Shown here: positions 25,061 through 36,300 of the stretch, piece by piece | Numbering within the stretch: position 1 is the stretch's first letter | Layout: each line of letters opens with the position of its first letter | Assembly: GCA_032718475.1 (NCBI GenBank) | Contig: JAUCBJ010001668.1 | Span: 1 to 64,000, forward strand | Length of the DNA: 64,000 bases | Reading direction: 5' to 3' | From: Nemertoderma westbladi | Taxonomy: Eukaryota > Animalia > Xenacoelomorpha | The notes under the pieces: model-generated | Told to the model about the DNA's origin: nothing | What the model saw: only the letters and a program-made list of their open reading frames with translations | Database searches by the model: none | Program-made: the position numbers and the translations under genes

Positions 25061-26151
25061 ATGCCTCGCAAGATGAAACCGATTTTAACCCGAAGCTTAG
25101 ACAAAAAACTGTTAAGAATTTATTTAGATCCTTCATCCCCTGCGGGATTTGCAAGTGTTGCAAAATTAGCAAAAGCTGCAAACATCAAACCGGCGCAAGC
25201 CCAGAAATGGTTGAGCGGACAAAAGACATACACCCTTCACGCTCCACGTAGACAACATTATCCAACATCTAAAATATTTACGGGAGGCATAAAAGATATA
25301 TATATGATAGATCTGGTGGATATGCAGCAATATAAATCGCAAAATAATAATTATAACTATATATTAACGTGCATTGATGCCTTCAGTCGGCTTGCTTTTG
25401 CCTATGCTATGAAAACAAAAAAGGGTGTTGAAATTATTAGTATATTGCAAAAAATATTCCAGAAAGGAAAACCAAACAGAATCGCCACGGATCAAGGTTC
25501 TGAGTTTCTAAATAAATCTGTAAGGAAATATTTAGATACGTAGGTATACAGTATTACGTAATGTATTCTGTGAATAAGGCGGCTATTGTCGAGAGATTCA
25601 ACAGAACCTTAAAAACAAAGATGTTCAAAATTTTCACGCAAAGGGGAAATAATATTTGGATAAAAATTTTACCTAAGCTTATCTCGGCTTATAATAGGTC
25701 GTATCATAGAACAATACAAATGACACCTATTGAAGTTAATAAATTTAATGAAACTGAATTAATGAATAGATTATATGGGAAATATAGACAGATAAATCAC
25801 AAGAAAATAAAATTTAAAGTTGGAGATACAGTACGATTATCTATTGCTCGTACTGCTTTTGCTAAAGGCTATCGAGAACAATGGACACGTGAATTATTTA
25901 TTATTCATCGGGTCAGGTTGGATAGAGTACCAGCGGTAATGTTCGATATTAAGGACAGCACCGGAGCTATAATAAAGGGCTCATTTTATTCTCACGAACT
26001 CCAAAAGGTCCACCCGAATAGTAATATTTATCTAGCAATTGACAAAAAAAATATTGGCAAACTTAAAGAACGTGTACGCAATGGGAAGAAAGAATATTTA
26101 GTCCGATTCATCGGATCCAAGAAACAGTCCTGGGTACAGCATATTCAATAA
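25061..26151 (+). pseudogene. Retroviral-like (rve) integrase with chromodomain-like end; 1-bp frameshift at about 25541
   Basis: YMIDLVDM, CIDAFSR, TDQGSEF, VERFNRTLK, YNRSYHRTI, FKVGDTVR, EYLVRFIG..SWV; the two ORF pieces are in different frames. Confidence 0.93.
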
Positions 26152-26400
26152 GCTTAGGTTTATACTGTATATTAATTCATTTTGGTCGCATATGACCGTA
26201 ATTAATCAATAATATTAACTCGAATGATATTACTATATCTATAGTTCATCCGCTTTAAATAAAGCTAGTAAAATATTGATCCCTCACATATACTGTAGAA
26301 GATGCTGGCAATGAACGTGGTCACAGATGTCTATAATTTAACATTATACTGTATGTACAAAGGAGTCAAGTAGAGAGAGCGAGCTTAAATAATAATAATA

Positions 26401-27273
26401 ATGGCCACAGATACATATATCACTCTACTTTCAGATAGCTCATTGAACACTTATCCCAATAATAATCCTAGTGAGTTTACTGTTGATTTAGCCGAAGAAT
26501 TATATATTGGTCCAAACGCTAAAATTGGACTTGCCGAACTTCAATATCAAGCAACATACAGTAATATTACGCTGCAAACTCAAATCTCACTGTCAATCGG
26601 GGTAGATGCAAAAGATGCCAAATTATATAGTTTATTTCCTGGTATGCATAACTCTATTCAAGTGATTATTGATGATATAAATAAACTGTTTAATTCTGAA
26701 GCGAAATATAGAGATTTCGAATTCATTTTTAATACAAATAATTCTAGAATTAAATTTAAATTTCCTAAAAAGTTGAAAAAAATACAATTAAGTCTACGCG
26801 GCGATTTAATACAAATTCTAGGCTTAAAACCGTTATTGGATCGGAATCATCCGGATATTCCAAATTGGGATATATACAGTACCACTACAGTTGATGAATT
26901 AAGCAATATAGAACAGCCGATATTAATTTTAAATTATAGCGGGCCAAAAATTTCGGAAATTGGCATTTTAGATTTTCCAGCTCCCACGAATATAACACGT
27001 AATAAAGACACTATCTTTATATACACAGATATTATTAAGAGCTCATTTGTTGGCGACGCTTTAGCTCCACTCTTAAGAACCTGCCCTTTAACCCAATTAA
27101 ATCAAAAATATATTAATCACGAATACGAGAGCATTTGCTATTTCCCATTGTTGAATAAAAAACTAAAAACAATCTTAATTACTTTACGTGACGGCCAAGG
27201 CCAATTAATTAACTTCAGCGGAGGTCGCACTGTTATAACACTTAAGTTAATACGGGGTGGCGGCGATGGATGA
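26401..27273 (+). CDS. Minor capsid (penton-like) protein 1
   Basis: YITLLSDSSLNTYPNNNPSEFTVDL, IGLAELQY, IFIYTDIIKSSFVGDALAPLLR, ITLRDGQGQLINF. Confidence 0.85.
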   Translation: MATDTYITLLSDSSLNTYPNNNPSEFTVDLAEELYIGPNAKIGLAELQYQATYSNITLQTQISLSIGVDAKDAKLYSLFPGMHNSIQVIIDDINKLFNSEAKYRDFEFIFNTNNSRIKFKFPKKLKKIQLSLRGDLIQILGLKPLLDRNHPDIPNWDIYSTTTVDELSNIEQPILILNYSGPKISEIGILDFPAPTNITRNKDTIFIYTDIIKSSFVGDALAPLLRTCPLTQLNQKYINHEYESICYFPLLNKKLKTILITLRDGQGQLINFSGGRTVITLKLIRGGGDG

Positions 27274-28111
27274 GTTCTACGTTAGACTACCAAGTAATTC
27301 CTGTCCAATTGATTTTCCCCGCAATAGCGCTAGTAATTATCAGATAAATTTCCACGGCGCCTTACCTATAAATCCAAACGAAAACTGGGTGGTAGGTATA
27401 AAAAGTATATTTTACTTAGCAACGTTGCCGTCCATGTATAACAATGTAGAGAATGTTATTTTATTAAAAAAAGGGAAAAAAATTTTTGAGGATACACTTC
27501 CATCTGGTTTATTCTACAGTATCAATGACATTATAGATTATTTTAACACGGGGGCGTTGAAAGATAAATTACAAATAGTTGAAAATACTCAGCAAAATAG
27601 ATTGCAATTTATTTTAGGGAAAACTGTGCGAGAGTTATTTATAGGTCAACAATTAGCCTATTATTTTGGAATAACTGAAAATAATCTCGGTGCGAATTTA
27701 AATCCAAATTTTAAAATTATTTTGAAGACGAAAAATAATATAAAGGGTTATTTAATAAAGGTTATCGGAAATGGAGAAAAGGCTTACCAGATGGTATTTT
27801 TATGCCCTCAACCACCCAACTCTATTCCAGAACCTAAGTCGAACATGTACGTGACTACTAATATAATTGAAAATCAATATATTAACGATTTTGGTTTAGC
27901 TTTACTTCGTCGTGTTGCGATACCTGATGATGTGAAATATGGTAGCGTAATAAATAAAGAATTTGTCAAGGATACAATTCATTATATCCCTGTAAAAAAA
28001 TCATATAAGATAACATACATTCATATTGAAATAACAGACAAAGAAGGAAAAGATTTGAATTTTGAATACGGCACAACTTCTATTACATTACACTTTAAAC
28101 GTATAAATTAA
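27266..28111 (+). CDS. Minor capsid (penton-like) protein 2
   Basis: MDEFYVRLPSNS..FPRNSASNY, WVVGIKSI, MYVTTNIIENQYI..LLRRV, IEITDKEGKDLNF..ITLHFKR. Confidence 0.85.
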   Translation: MDEFYVRLPSNSCPIDFPRNSASNYQINFHGALPINPNENWVVGIKSIFYLATLPSMYNNVENVILLKKGKKIFEDTLPSGLFYSINDIIDYFNTGALKDKLQIVENTQQNRLQFILGKTVRELFIGQQLAYYFGITENNLGANLNPNFKIILKTKNNIKGYLIKVIGNGEKAYQMVFLCPQPPNSIPEPKSNMYVTTNIIENQYINDFGLALLRRVAIPDDVKYGSVINKEFVKDTIHYIPVKKSYKITYIHIEITDKEGKDLNFEYGTTSITLHFKRIN

Positions 28112-28112
28112 A

Positions 28113-28624
28113 ATGGATTCTGATTTATTTCAAAGATACAGTAAACCTCAATATGGGGGTTCAGACTCTAATCTTGCTGTTTTTAAAGGCGGAAGAAGTA
28201 CCAGAGGCTCGACGCAAGTTCCTGTTTTTCGTGGTGGTTCATATATTGACCCTTACGGTCAACAAATTGGCACATTTGGTCCAAACTTAAAACAACATCG
28301 TTTTCAGCGTTATCGTAGAGGTATGCAGGCAAATCAACACGGAGAGTTTTACGGAGAGTTTTACAGAAAGCTTTACCATTTACCACAAAATTTATGAGAC
28401 AACACGTAATACCAAAAGGTAAGCGGGTCTTACATCAGCAGGCTAATACGGTTATTAATAAAGCATTAAATAAAATGAAACCGTCAACAAGGTCGGTTGT
28501 AGAAAAAGTTTATAGAGATTTAAAGCGACCCGCTAGACCAATGTCTATGAACATACATCATCGACGTAGTAAAAAGAGAAATATAAAAGGCAAACTGAAA
28601 CACTGCGAAAAAAGTATTTTTTAA
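28113..28624 (+). pseudogene. Basic core-like virion protein; frameshift at about 28343
   Basis: QYGG, VFKGG, VFRGG motifs; ..QHG continues in another frame as VLRRVLQKALPFTTKFMRQHVIPKGK.. into the 28394 ORF; Arg/Lys-rich. Confidence 0.65.
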
Positions 28625-28626
28625 TA

Positions 28627-29886
28627 ATGTCAATTATTAAGGAATTAGATTTATTTTCTACACAGCCAATACAGACTGAATTTAAAGCAAAGCATTATGA
28701 AACAATTTACCCCGTATCTAATCTCAGAAGTGAATCTAGGGAGGTCACCTTCCTTGTACCCAGATCCAATGAATTCTATACGAAACTGCAAGACGCGTTA
28801 TTAATTAGAAAATGTACAGTACGTTGGGATAGACGACTTGAAAACTCCCATATTTATATGCTGAATTACCCAGCTGAAACTATATGGAGTGATATTAAAA
28901 TAGACCTTAATGAGAAGCAGGTTGAAAATAGCAATAACCATTATTTCTACAAGTCGTACTTATCCAATTTATTATTTACAACTTAAGAGGATAAAAATGG
29001 GCTACTGGGTGCGGGTGGCTTTCATCAACCTTTATCTGAACACGGAAATGAAATTGATCCCGGCGCGCATCCTATTGCCGATGCCTTTAGTAAACAAATG
29101 CAATTTGTAAGTGGATTGACGATTGATTTTGATACTGAAACTAAAATAATACAACCTGGGTATGATTTAAGAATGCATTTTAGAAAAGTATCAAATTCGT
29201 TTATTTTTAAAATCACTCCAAACGCAAACGCCGTGACAAATCTTCGACTAGAATTAGATGAAATAAAAATTCTAATCCCTAGAATGGAGGTTAATCCAGT
29301 AATAGAAAGCAGTCACCTAAAAGGTTTAGAGAGCTACGATATTGAATATCAATTTCAAAAGAAAGAGGTGACTACATTTACTATTCCCGCTCAAACCACA
29401 AATTACACCCAAACAAACATATTTGATGGTAAAAAACCCAAATTAGTTATTATTGGCTTCATAACAAATAACGCTTATTCGGGAGAATTAATTAGCAATC
29501 CCTTGAAATTTGAACATTTTAACCTTAGACGCGCGGAACTGATTGTAGACGGTCTTCCAGTAGGGGGTGTAATATACGAGCCTAATTTTACAGATGGAAC
29601 ATATATTTTTGAGTATACTCAATTAATGAAAAACATTAATACATATATTAACGGTTATGGAGGTAATAATATAGACCATGAAACCTACTTAGGTAATTGC
29701 CCCCTCCTATCCTGGGACCTAACCGCCGACGGCTACGTTAGAGATCCGCAACCCTCGATATATACTAACGGTCAATTAAAATTAAGATTTGCCGAACCGT
29801 TGGTTGAAACCATAAATGTAATCGTTTTTAATATTTATGATCAATCATTAAGTTTAAATAGGAGGAAAGAAATACATATCGATTAA
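28627..29886 (+). pseudogene. Major capsid protein (double jelly-roll/hexon-like); in-frame TAA at 28984
   Basis: ELDLFSTQPIQT, YFYKSYLSNLL, PKLVIIGFITNNAYSG..NPLKFEHFNL, WDLTAD, LRFAEPL; both ORF halves share a frame (about 419 codons). Confidence 0.9.
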
Positions 29887-29888
29887 GT

Positions 29889-30341
29889 ATGTTATCTACA
29901 GAGGACCTTGATATGTTTCCAGTGGGTGGTCACTATTTGGGCGCGTTTCCAGCTAATAAATTACCTAAATTAGATAATAATAAGCGGCAGGATTATGGCT
30001 TGATAGTAAATACTGATAGAGAGCATCTGCCCGGGATTCATTGGATCGCGATATATATACGAGATAATGAGGCCGAAGTATTTGACTCGTTTGGACCAAA
30101 ATATCCAAACAGATGCATCGAAAAATGGCTTGAGAAAAATTCCGCAAGGTGGCGTACTACACGCAAACAATTTCAAGACCCCAGGAGGACCACATGCGGT
30201 CTATACTGTCTTTATTATTTGGTAAATCGTATTCACACAATCTATCCAATGAGAGCGTTTACAAATAATGTGGAAATCAATGAAATTATATTATATAAAT
30301 GGCTTGTTAATTATTATAAATTAAACCAACAAACTTTGTAA
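29889..30341 (+). CDS. Adenain-like cysteine maturation protease
   Basis: IVNTD..PGIHWIA (His), FDSFG (Asp), QFQ..TTCGLYCLYYL (Cys). Confidence 0.93.
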   Translation: MLSTEDLDMFPVGGHYLGAFPANKLPKLDNNKRQDYGLIVNTDREHLPGIHWIAIYIRDNEAEVFDSFGPKYPNRCIEKWLEKNSARWRTTRKQFQDPRRTTCGLYCLYYLVNRIHTIYPMRAFTNNVEINEIILYKWLVNYYKLNQQTL

Positions 30342-30372
30342 TTAATCATTTAACTTTTGTTTATCAGATAAA

Positions 30373-30972
30373 ATGGATAATATTATTTTTGTTGATTTTC
30401 AATATTATAAGATAGACAATAAGGAGTATCCTGTAGTATTTAAAGAATTTGCTATTTTCGATTCTAATTACACCAAAACTAATGTAAAGACGTTTTTAAT
30501 TAAAGGCCCGTCTAATATTAAGTTATCAGCTTTAGATGCAGCTCACGTAAACAATTTACGGGATATGACTTCTCACTTGCCCTGGGACTACGGGGACATT
30601 TCTCAAGATGACTTTAAAAAATATATGAAGAGACATTTAAAATATAAAAAAAATATTCATGTATTTGGGTTGCTGAAACGGGCAATATTAGTTTCCCAAC
30701 TCGATGTTCACGAGCCAAATTCGGTGGAGAAATTGGGAATATATAAGCAATATCACGATTATTTAACGCCTTGTCGATTTCACGACCGATTCACTACAAT
30801 GGAAAGTAAATGCACGTTCCACTTAAACATAAGGGATAACTGTCTGCGATACTGCTCAGCAAAACGCGTTGGCGGGTATGAGGCTCTACACTTTTTCATG
30901 AGAAAGCGTTTAACTGCGACTGATGATGATGATAAACAGAAAGAAATAACTGCGGTGGAAGATGTACTGTAG
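30373..30972 (+). CDS. DEDD-exonuclease-like Polinton accessory protein (possibly inactive, DxQ)
   Basis: IIFVDFQY..FKEFAI, LPWDYGDI, IHVFG..K, C..H..C; family assignment by motif recall only. Confidence 0.55.
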   Translation: MDNIIFVDFQYYKIDNKEYPVVFKEFAIFDSNYTKTNVKTFLIKGPSNIKLSALDAAHVNNLRDMTSHLPWDYGDISQDDFKKYMKRHLKYKKNIHVFGLLKRAILVSQLDVHEPNSVEKLGIYKQYHDYLTPCRFHDRFTTMESKCTFHLNIRDNCLRYCSAKRVGGYEALHFFMRKRLTATDDDDKQKEITAVEDVL

Positions 30973-31324
30973 GTTTACTCTAAGCATGTAATGTGATGGG
31001 ATAATATAATTTTATTTTAGTGATGATCTTGATGTTAATATAAAAAATATAATAAAATATAATTTTTTACAACAAGTTCTCTAAAAAAGAGTCAATTGCG
31101 CTAGGTTAACTATACACATTTAACAATATGATGTAGACGTAACATGTACAGTAAGTATTCTCGATATCATTCTAATATAGATGTACTGGTATTGTGAAAC
31201 AGCCTATACATCGCAAACTAATAACACATACAGTAGTTGACTAGTAATATTAGTCAGAAAATGCAACATAATCTGTATAGGGTGTAATGATAACCTGTTG
31301 GTACCGGTACTGATAAATTATAGG

Positions 31325-32490
31325 CCTATCTACAACTGTCATCCACTTTATCAGTACCGGTAGTGTTTTACTCTTCCAACACTGTAGTTTCTGTCTAGTG
31401 GTATCGGTACAGCAGTAATCTGATGCATGCAGGGGTCTCACATATAGGGATTAGATCACCTATCCAAACAATACAGTACTGCTGTACTGTCGCTGTTCTT
31501 GATGTAACATCATAATCAGATAAAGCATACTGATTTCCTTTGATTAGCATTGTACTGCAGTACCGGTACGACAGTACCTGCAGTAACAAACTAAACCAAT
31601 GTATACAATATCGTGAGCTAGTTACAATCAGATGTGTACGCAGTCAGCCACGTTGCGGGGATGCGGTCAACCTCACAGCTAGCCTCGCAGCTCCTATCCA
31701 CAACTGTCATCCACTTTATCAGTACAGCAGTAATCTGATGCAATAGCATTTGTTTTTTTTCACCTATAAGGATACTGCTGTCTACCCGAACCTTGATTAG
31801 CATAGGCCTACAGCTGTCATAACCTAGATTACATGCAGGGGTCTCACATATAGGGATTAGATCGCCTACCTAAACAATACAGTACTGCAGTACTGTCGTT
31901 GTTCTTGATGTAACAGCATAATCAGATAGAGCATACTGATTTCCTTTGATTAGCATTGTACTGCAGTATTAATGTAACAGTACCTGCAGTAACAAACTAA
32001 ACCAATGTATACAATATCGTGAGCTAGTTACAATCAGATGTGTATGCAGTCAGCCACGTTGCGGGGATGCGGTCAACCTCACAGCTCCTATCCACAACTG
32101 TCATCCACTTTATCAGTACAGCAGTAATCTGATGCAATAGCATTTGTTTTTTTTCACCTATAAGGATACTGCTGTCTACCCGAACCTTGATTAGCATAGG
32201 CCTACTGCTGTCATAACCTAGATTACATGCAGGAGTCTCACATATAGGGATTAGATCACCTACCCAAACAATACAGTACTGCAGTAGGCCTACTGTCGCT
32301 GTTCTTGATGTAACTGCGTTGTCAGATAGAGCATACTGATTTCCTTTGATTAGCATTGTACTGCAGTACGGTACCGGTACCACAGTATTAATGTAACAGC
32401 ACCCGCAGTAACAAACTAAGTCATTGTATACAATATCATGAGCCGGATATAATCAGATGTGTACACAGTCATGGGATGCGGTCAACCACG
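31325..32490. repeat. Three imperfect ~400-bp direct repeats between the convergent Polinton gene blocks
   Basis: ACAACTGTCATCCACTTTATCAGTAC at about 31332, 31700 and 32094; AACAAACTAA..GTATACAATATC at about 31585, 31991 and 32410. Confidence 0.9.
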
Positions 32491-32680
32491 CAGTCAGAGC
32501 AGCATCGCTGCCAGCCTCGCAGCCAGCCTCGCGGCACGCAGCAGCCTCGCAGCCAGCCACCCTCGCGGCACGCAGCAGCCTCGCAGCCAGCCACGCAGCC
32601 AGCCTCACGGCGCGCAGCAGCCTCGCAGTTGATCATGCAGTCAGCCAGCCAGCTACGCAGCTAGGCACGCAGTCAGCCCG
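32490..32680. repeat. GCAGCC/CTCGC low-complexity repeat
   Basis: Repeated GCAGCCTCGCAGCCAGCC-like units. Confidence 0.8.
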
Positions 32681-32766
32681 TGAGAGTCATACTTATTCAA
32701 ACGAGGTTAGTTTTCCCTAACTACCGATAGATTGATTGAAAAATAATAATGTTTAATTTTCACCTT

Positions 32767-33312
32767 CTAATCACCAACACCTAAAGTCACAACACCAAAC
32801 ATTAATAAATAATTAACAAGTTTACTAAATATAGGGTAATAAATATGAAATTTGCTAGGTGAACACATTAAAGTACATTTACCGGTATGAAAGCAGCAAA
32901 TGACTACGGTATTATTTATTCTTATTTTGCAATTATTAAAAATTTCAGGTTCATATATAACTTGAAGTTGCACATTATCAAAGACAACATAAAACCCGGT
33001 ATTGTTTATCAATAACCTATAGACTACAGACTTAATACTAAAAATATAAGTACATAAATTAACAGATTTTAAAATCAAATTAATACTAGTTTTATCAAAT
33101 ATATGCTTTTTTACTTTTTGGAAATTATACTTACTGCCTAATAATGTAATACGACCATTTTTAAATATTAATAATGTGGCACCAAATATCTTATATATAA
33201 ACTGATTTGGTTTGAGTATGTGTTTACCAGATAATTGATTTTTTAATTCTTTAAAATTAATCGCTGACACTTGCTGGCAACTTACATTCTTATTGACTAT
33301 CTGATAGTTCAT
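32767..33312 (-). CDS. TATA-binding protein (TBP)-like protein encoded by the Polinton
   Basis: Two TBP half-repeats: YQIVNKNVSC, ATLLIFKNGRITLLGSK (cf. TTALIFSSGKMVCTGAK), YEPEIF (cf. YEPELF), ICCFHTGKCTL (cf. LLIFVSGKVVL), YYPIF (cf. IYPIL); 181 aa matches TBP core size; intact. Confidence 0.8.
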   Translation of the reverse strand: MNYQIVNKNVSCQQVSAINFKELKNQLSGKHILKPNQFIYKIFGATLLIFKNGRITLLGSKYNFQKVKKHIFDKTSINLILKSVNLCTYIFSIKSVVYRLLINNTGFYVVFDNVQLQVIYEPEIFNNCKIRINNTVVICCFHTGKCTLMCSPSKFHIYYPIFSKLVNYLLMFGVVTLGVGD

Positions 33313-36300
33313 TGTTTGGTTCCCGATAAATAGGTATATTGTTTTTCTTTATCGGTTTTTCGACCTTTGTTTGATAGTGACCCCAGGGAAGCGAATGATT
33401 TTTATTAACCCAATAAAGTTTATCATCAAATGCGCTGAGAGCAAACTTATCACGTGCTATAGTATACACTTTGTGTAATTTACTTTGAAATTGATGTATT
33501 TCTTTTGAAATTTCTTCGTTTGAGTTATATGCTCTTACATAATCTTCGTGGCAAATATTTTTATCCACAACAGCTCTTGTTATTCCTTTCGCCCGTCGTA
33601 TATTGGATTCATTGAATTCCAAAATTGAATATAATTTTGGTCTTAAAAATACCGCTTGTTTAATTTCACGTGAGGCTAGTTCATCTTTACAGTAATAGAG
33701 CCTGGATTTATTTTTATCGCTGTAGAGTGGGTGATCCTTGGGGTAATTGGATGTATCTAAAATATTATTTTTAATTAATGCTTTTAAGAAATTACTCTGC
33801 GATGTATTATAGTAACAACCTATCAATGAGTCCGTATCTGATGCTACAATTTCAATACGGCAGTTTAATTCTAGCAATTTATCGTAATACAGCTGATACA
33901 TATCCAATTTAGCCAAGTCCAAGATAGTACTACCTATATAGACCGGCTTATCGAGAGTTACAGAGTCTTTTACTAATAAGTGACCCTAGAAGGAATCGTT
34001 ATAAATCATGAAATTTTCGTGATTTATACGTTTGACTAATTGGTCACATTTTTCTTTACTATTAGCGATACGAAAGTTGCATCGGTCCCTTATTTTTTCA
34101 ATCGTTTTTCCAAATAACGAATTATTCAGAAGCTTCGCGACAGCTGTTTCAATATACGTTTTTGCTATTCTCCTTTGATTAATATTAAAATCTATATAGG
34201 GTTTAAATACAAAGTCTTGATGGAAAGAATACAATTTATGGAGCTTAGTAACAATTAAACCTTGTTTTATATAAAATTTTAACAGTTTTAAATTTATATG
34301 ATAGAATTCCTTATCGAATTGTGTCAACATAAGTTTTGGTGCACACATCTTATAATTGCTATTAGTGCCTCTTTGTTTACAAACATGATTATATTGTTCC
34401 CTCATATATGGTGAAAGCATTGTCTCATTTATACTTAAATGTTCTGGAGCTAAGGGTAGTTCTAATGTACGATCGTGAATATCTTTGGGATATCGCAAAT
34501 TAAGAAAAACCCAATATCCCCTTCAGTATCAAGATTTGATAAATATTTTATTAGTTCTTCTGGAGCAGCATTCTCTAAATATGTAACGTTGACTTGTTCA
34601 AACCCTGAAACAGGTAGCTTTTTACTTAAATTACCAGAATACAAGGAATTAAAATCTATATTGAAAATATGACACTCTTCCTTGCTTGGATCATAATTAT
34701 CAGTATCTGGTATATTTGATTCTATGTAATGCTTTCGACAGAATGAAACCCCTCCTCTAATAGATGCTTCAAAATCTCTATATGTTTGGTAATCTTTTAT
34801 TAATGCTAACTTACATTTATTGTATTTCAGGGCGCAATCATAAGTGAAAGCTGCGATACTGCAATAATAAACTACTTCTAATTCGTAGTTTTGTCTACAT
34901 ACTCTCCTAAAGTTCTCAAATATATCAGCGTGGAGACAAACATCGAGTTTTAAGTATGCTAAAAGATAATCCTTGAGATTCACACAGTCAAACTGACTCC
35001 ATGATGCGTTGGCAAAACTATATTCCTCGGGAGTACAGGTATTTTGTGTTAATTTACTATAAAATTTGTCTATTGATGGTAATTTCGAATCATTGAATTT
35101 ATTTAAATCTGACAGATACTCGTAGGGAAATATACCTTTTCGTTTAATTGTTGCATTATTTAAATTTGGATAAAAATGTTTCATTTGCTGTTCAGTAATT
35201 GGTAGAACTGATGTTATATCCTCGCTGTCTATATCCTTTGTTGAACAATCAACTAAAGTACTTAGGGAAAAGGATAAAAATTGATATGTGTCTAAGACAC
35301 GTAGCTCGATTTTTGTTTTTTGTTCTTTCACTGGTATATGCATACTCAGTGAAATATACCTTTCAGAATTTTTAGGGATTACCTTTATATCCCAATCGGA
35401 ATATTTGTTATTGCTAAACCCAACTTGCAAAAGAAAATGCAAATCGTAGAGATTGCAGTTGTGTGCAGCGAGTATATACATGTGTCGTTTCAACGATAAA
35501 GAGCGGTTACATGCGTTACAAGCGGCTGCTATATAGTTACCAGTAATATGTGAGTGATGTTTATTTTTCTCAGACTTATCCTTAAATAAAACATTGCAAT
35601 AAAAGCAAGTTTTAGCTTTCCAAAAACTTAACTTATCTACTTCGTTAAGTATAATCTTCTCTCGCGTATGGGTTTCTGCCTACTTATATAATTGGGTGAT
35701 GTCATTATATACAGAGTCTAAAAAGTCTTGAATACAGTTGTTGTCGATTGTTTTTGTAAAGGTCTTCAAATAAAATTTTGGTGGATTGATTAATTCACTA
35801 CTAGGAACAATTAAATAACTTACAGCGCATGGAATATGATTCTGAATAAATTTACTGTTGGTGGCTGGCTCCAAAATAGATTCTATGTCAAAATATATTA
35901 CAAACAATGCTGGTAATGTTCTGTCTAAATTTCTAAAGCTAATGTGAGTTCTTTTTTCAGACGGTAGCTTCTCAACTTGACTTTTTCCTCGATAACAAGC
36001 AAGACGGTGACGTTCTAGAACATTTCTGTAGAAATGCGACAAACACCGTTCGCAATATTTCCTACATCTAATATGCTTACCTGTTGTATTCATCAAACGA
36101 TTCAAGTTAGTTATGCAAACATAATGTGATTGTTTACTCGTATTCTTATTTTTTACAAGTAATATATTCAATAACTCTTTATCTGGAGTGATTTTACTAA
36201 ATGGAGCCTGTCTTATATAGATACTCGATTGTTGTCGTAGAGTAATAAATTAATTATATATGCTGAATTCTGTTTTTCAAAAAGTTTAATTGCAAGCTGC

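Noticed and set aside
28984-28986. Stop-codon reassignment or readthrough in Polinton genes
   Set aside because: Internal stops are of mixed type (TAA, TAG) and accompanied by frameshifts, and the same codons end intact genes; decay fits better.
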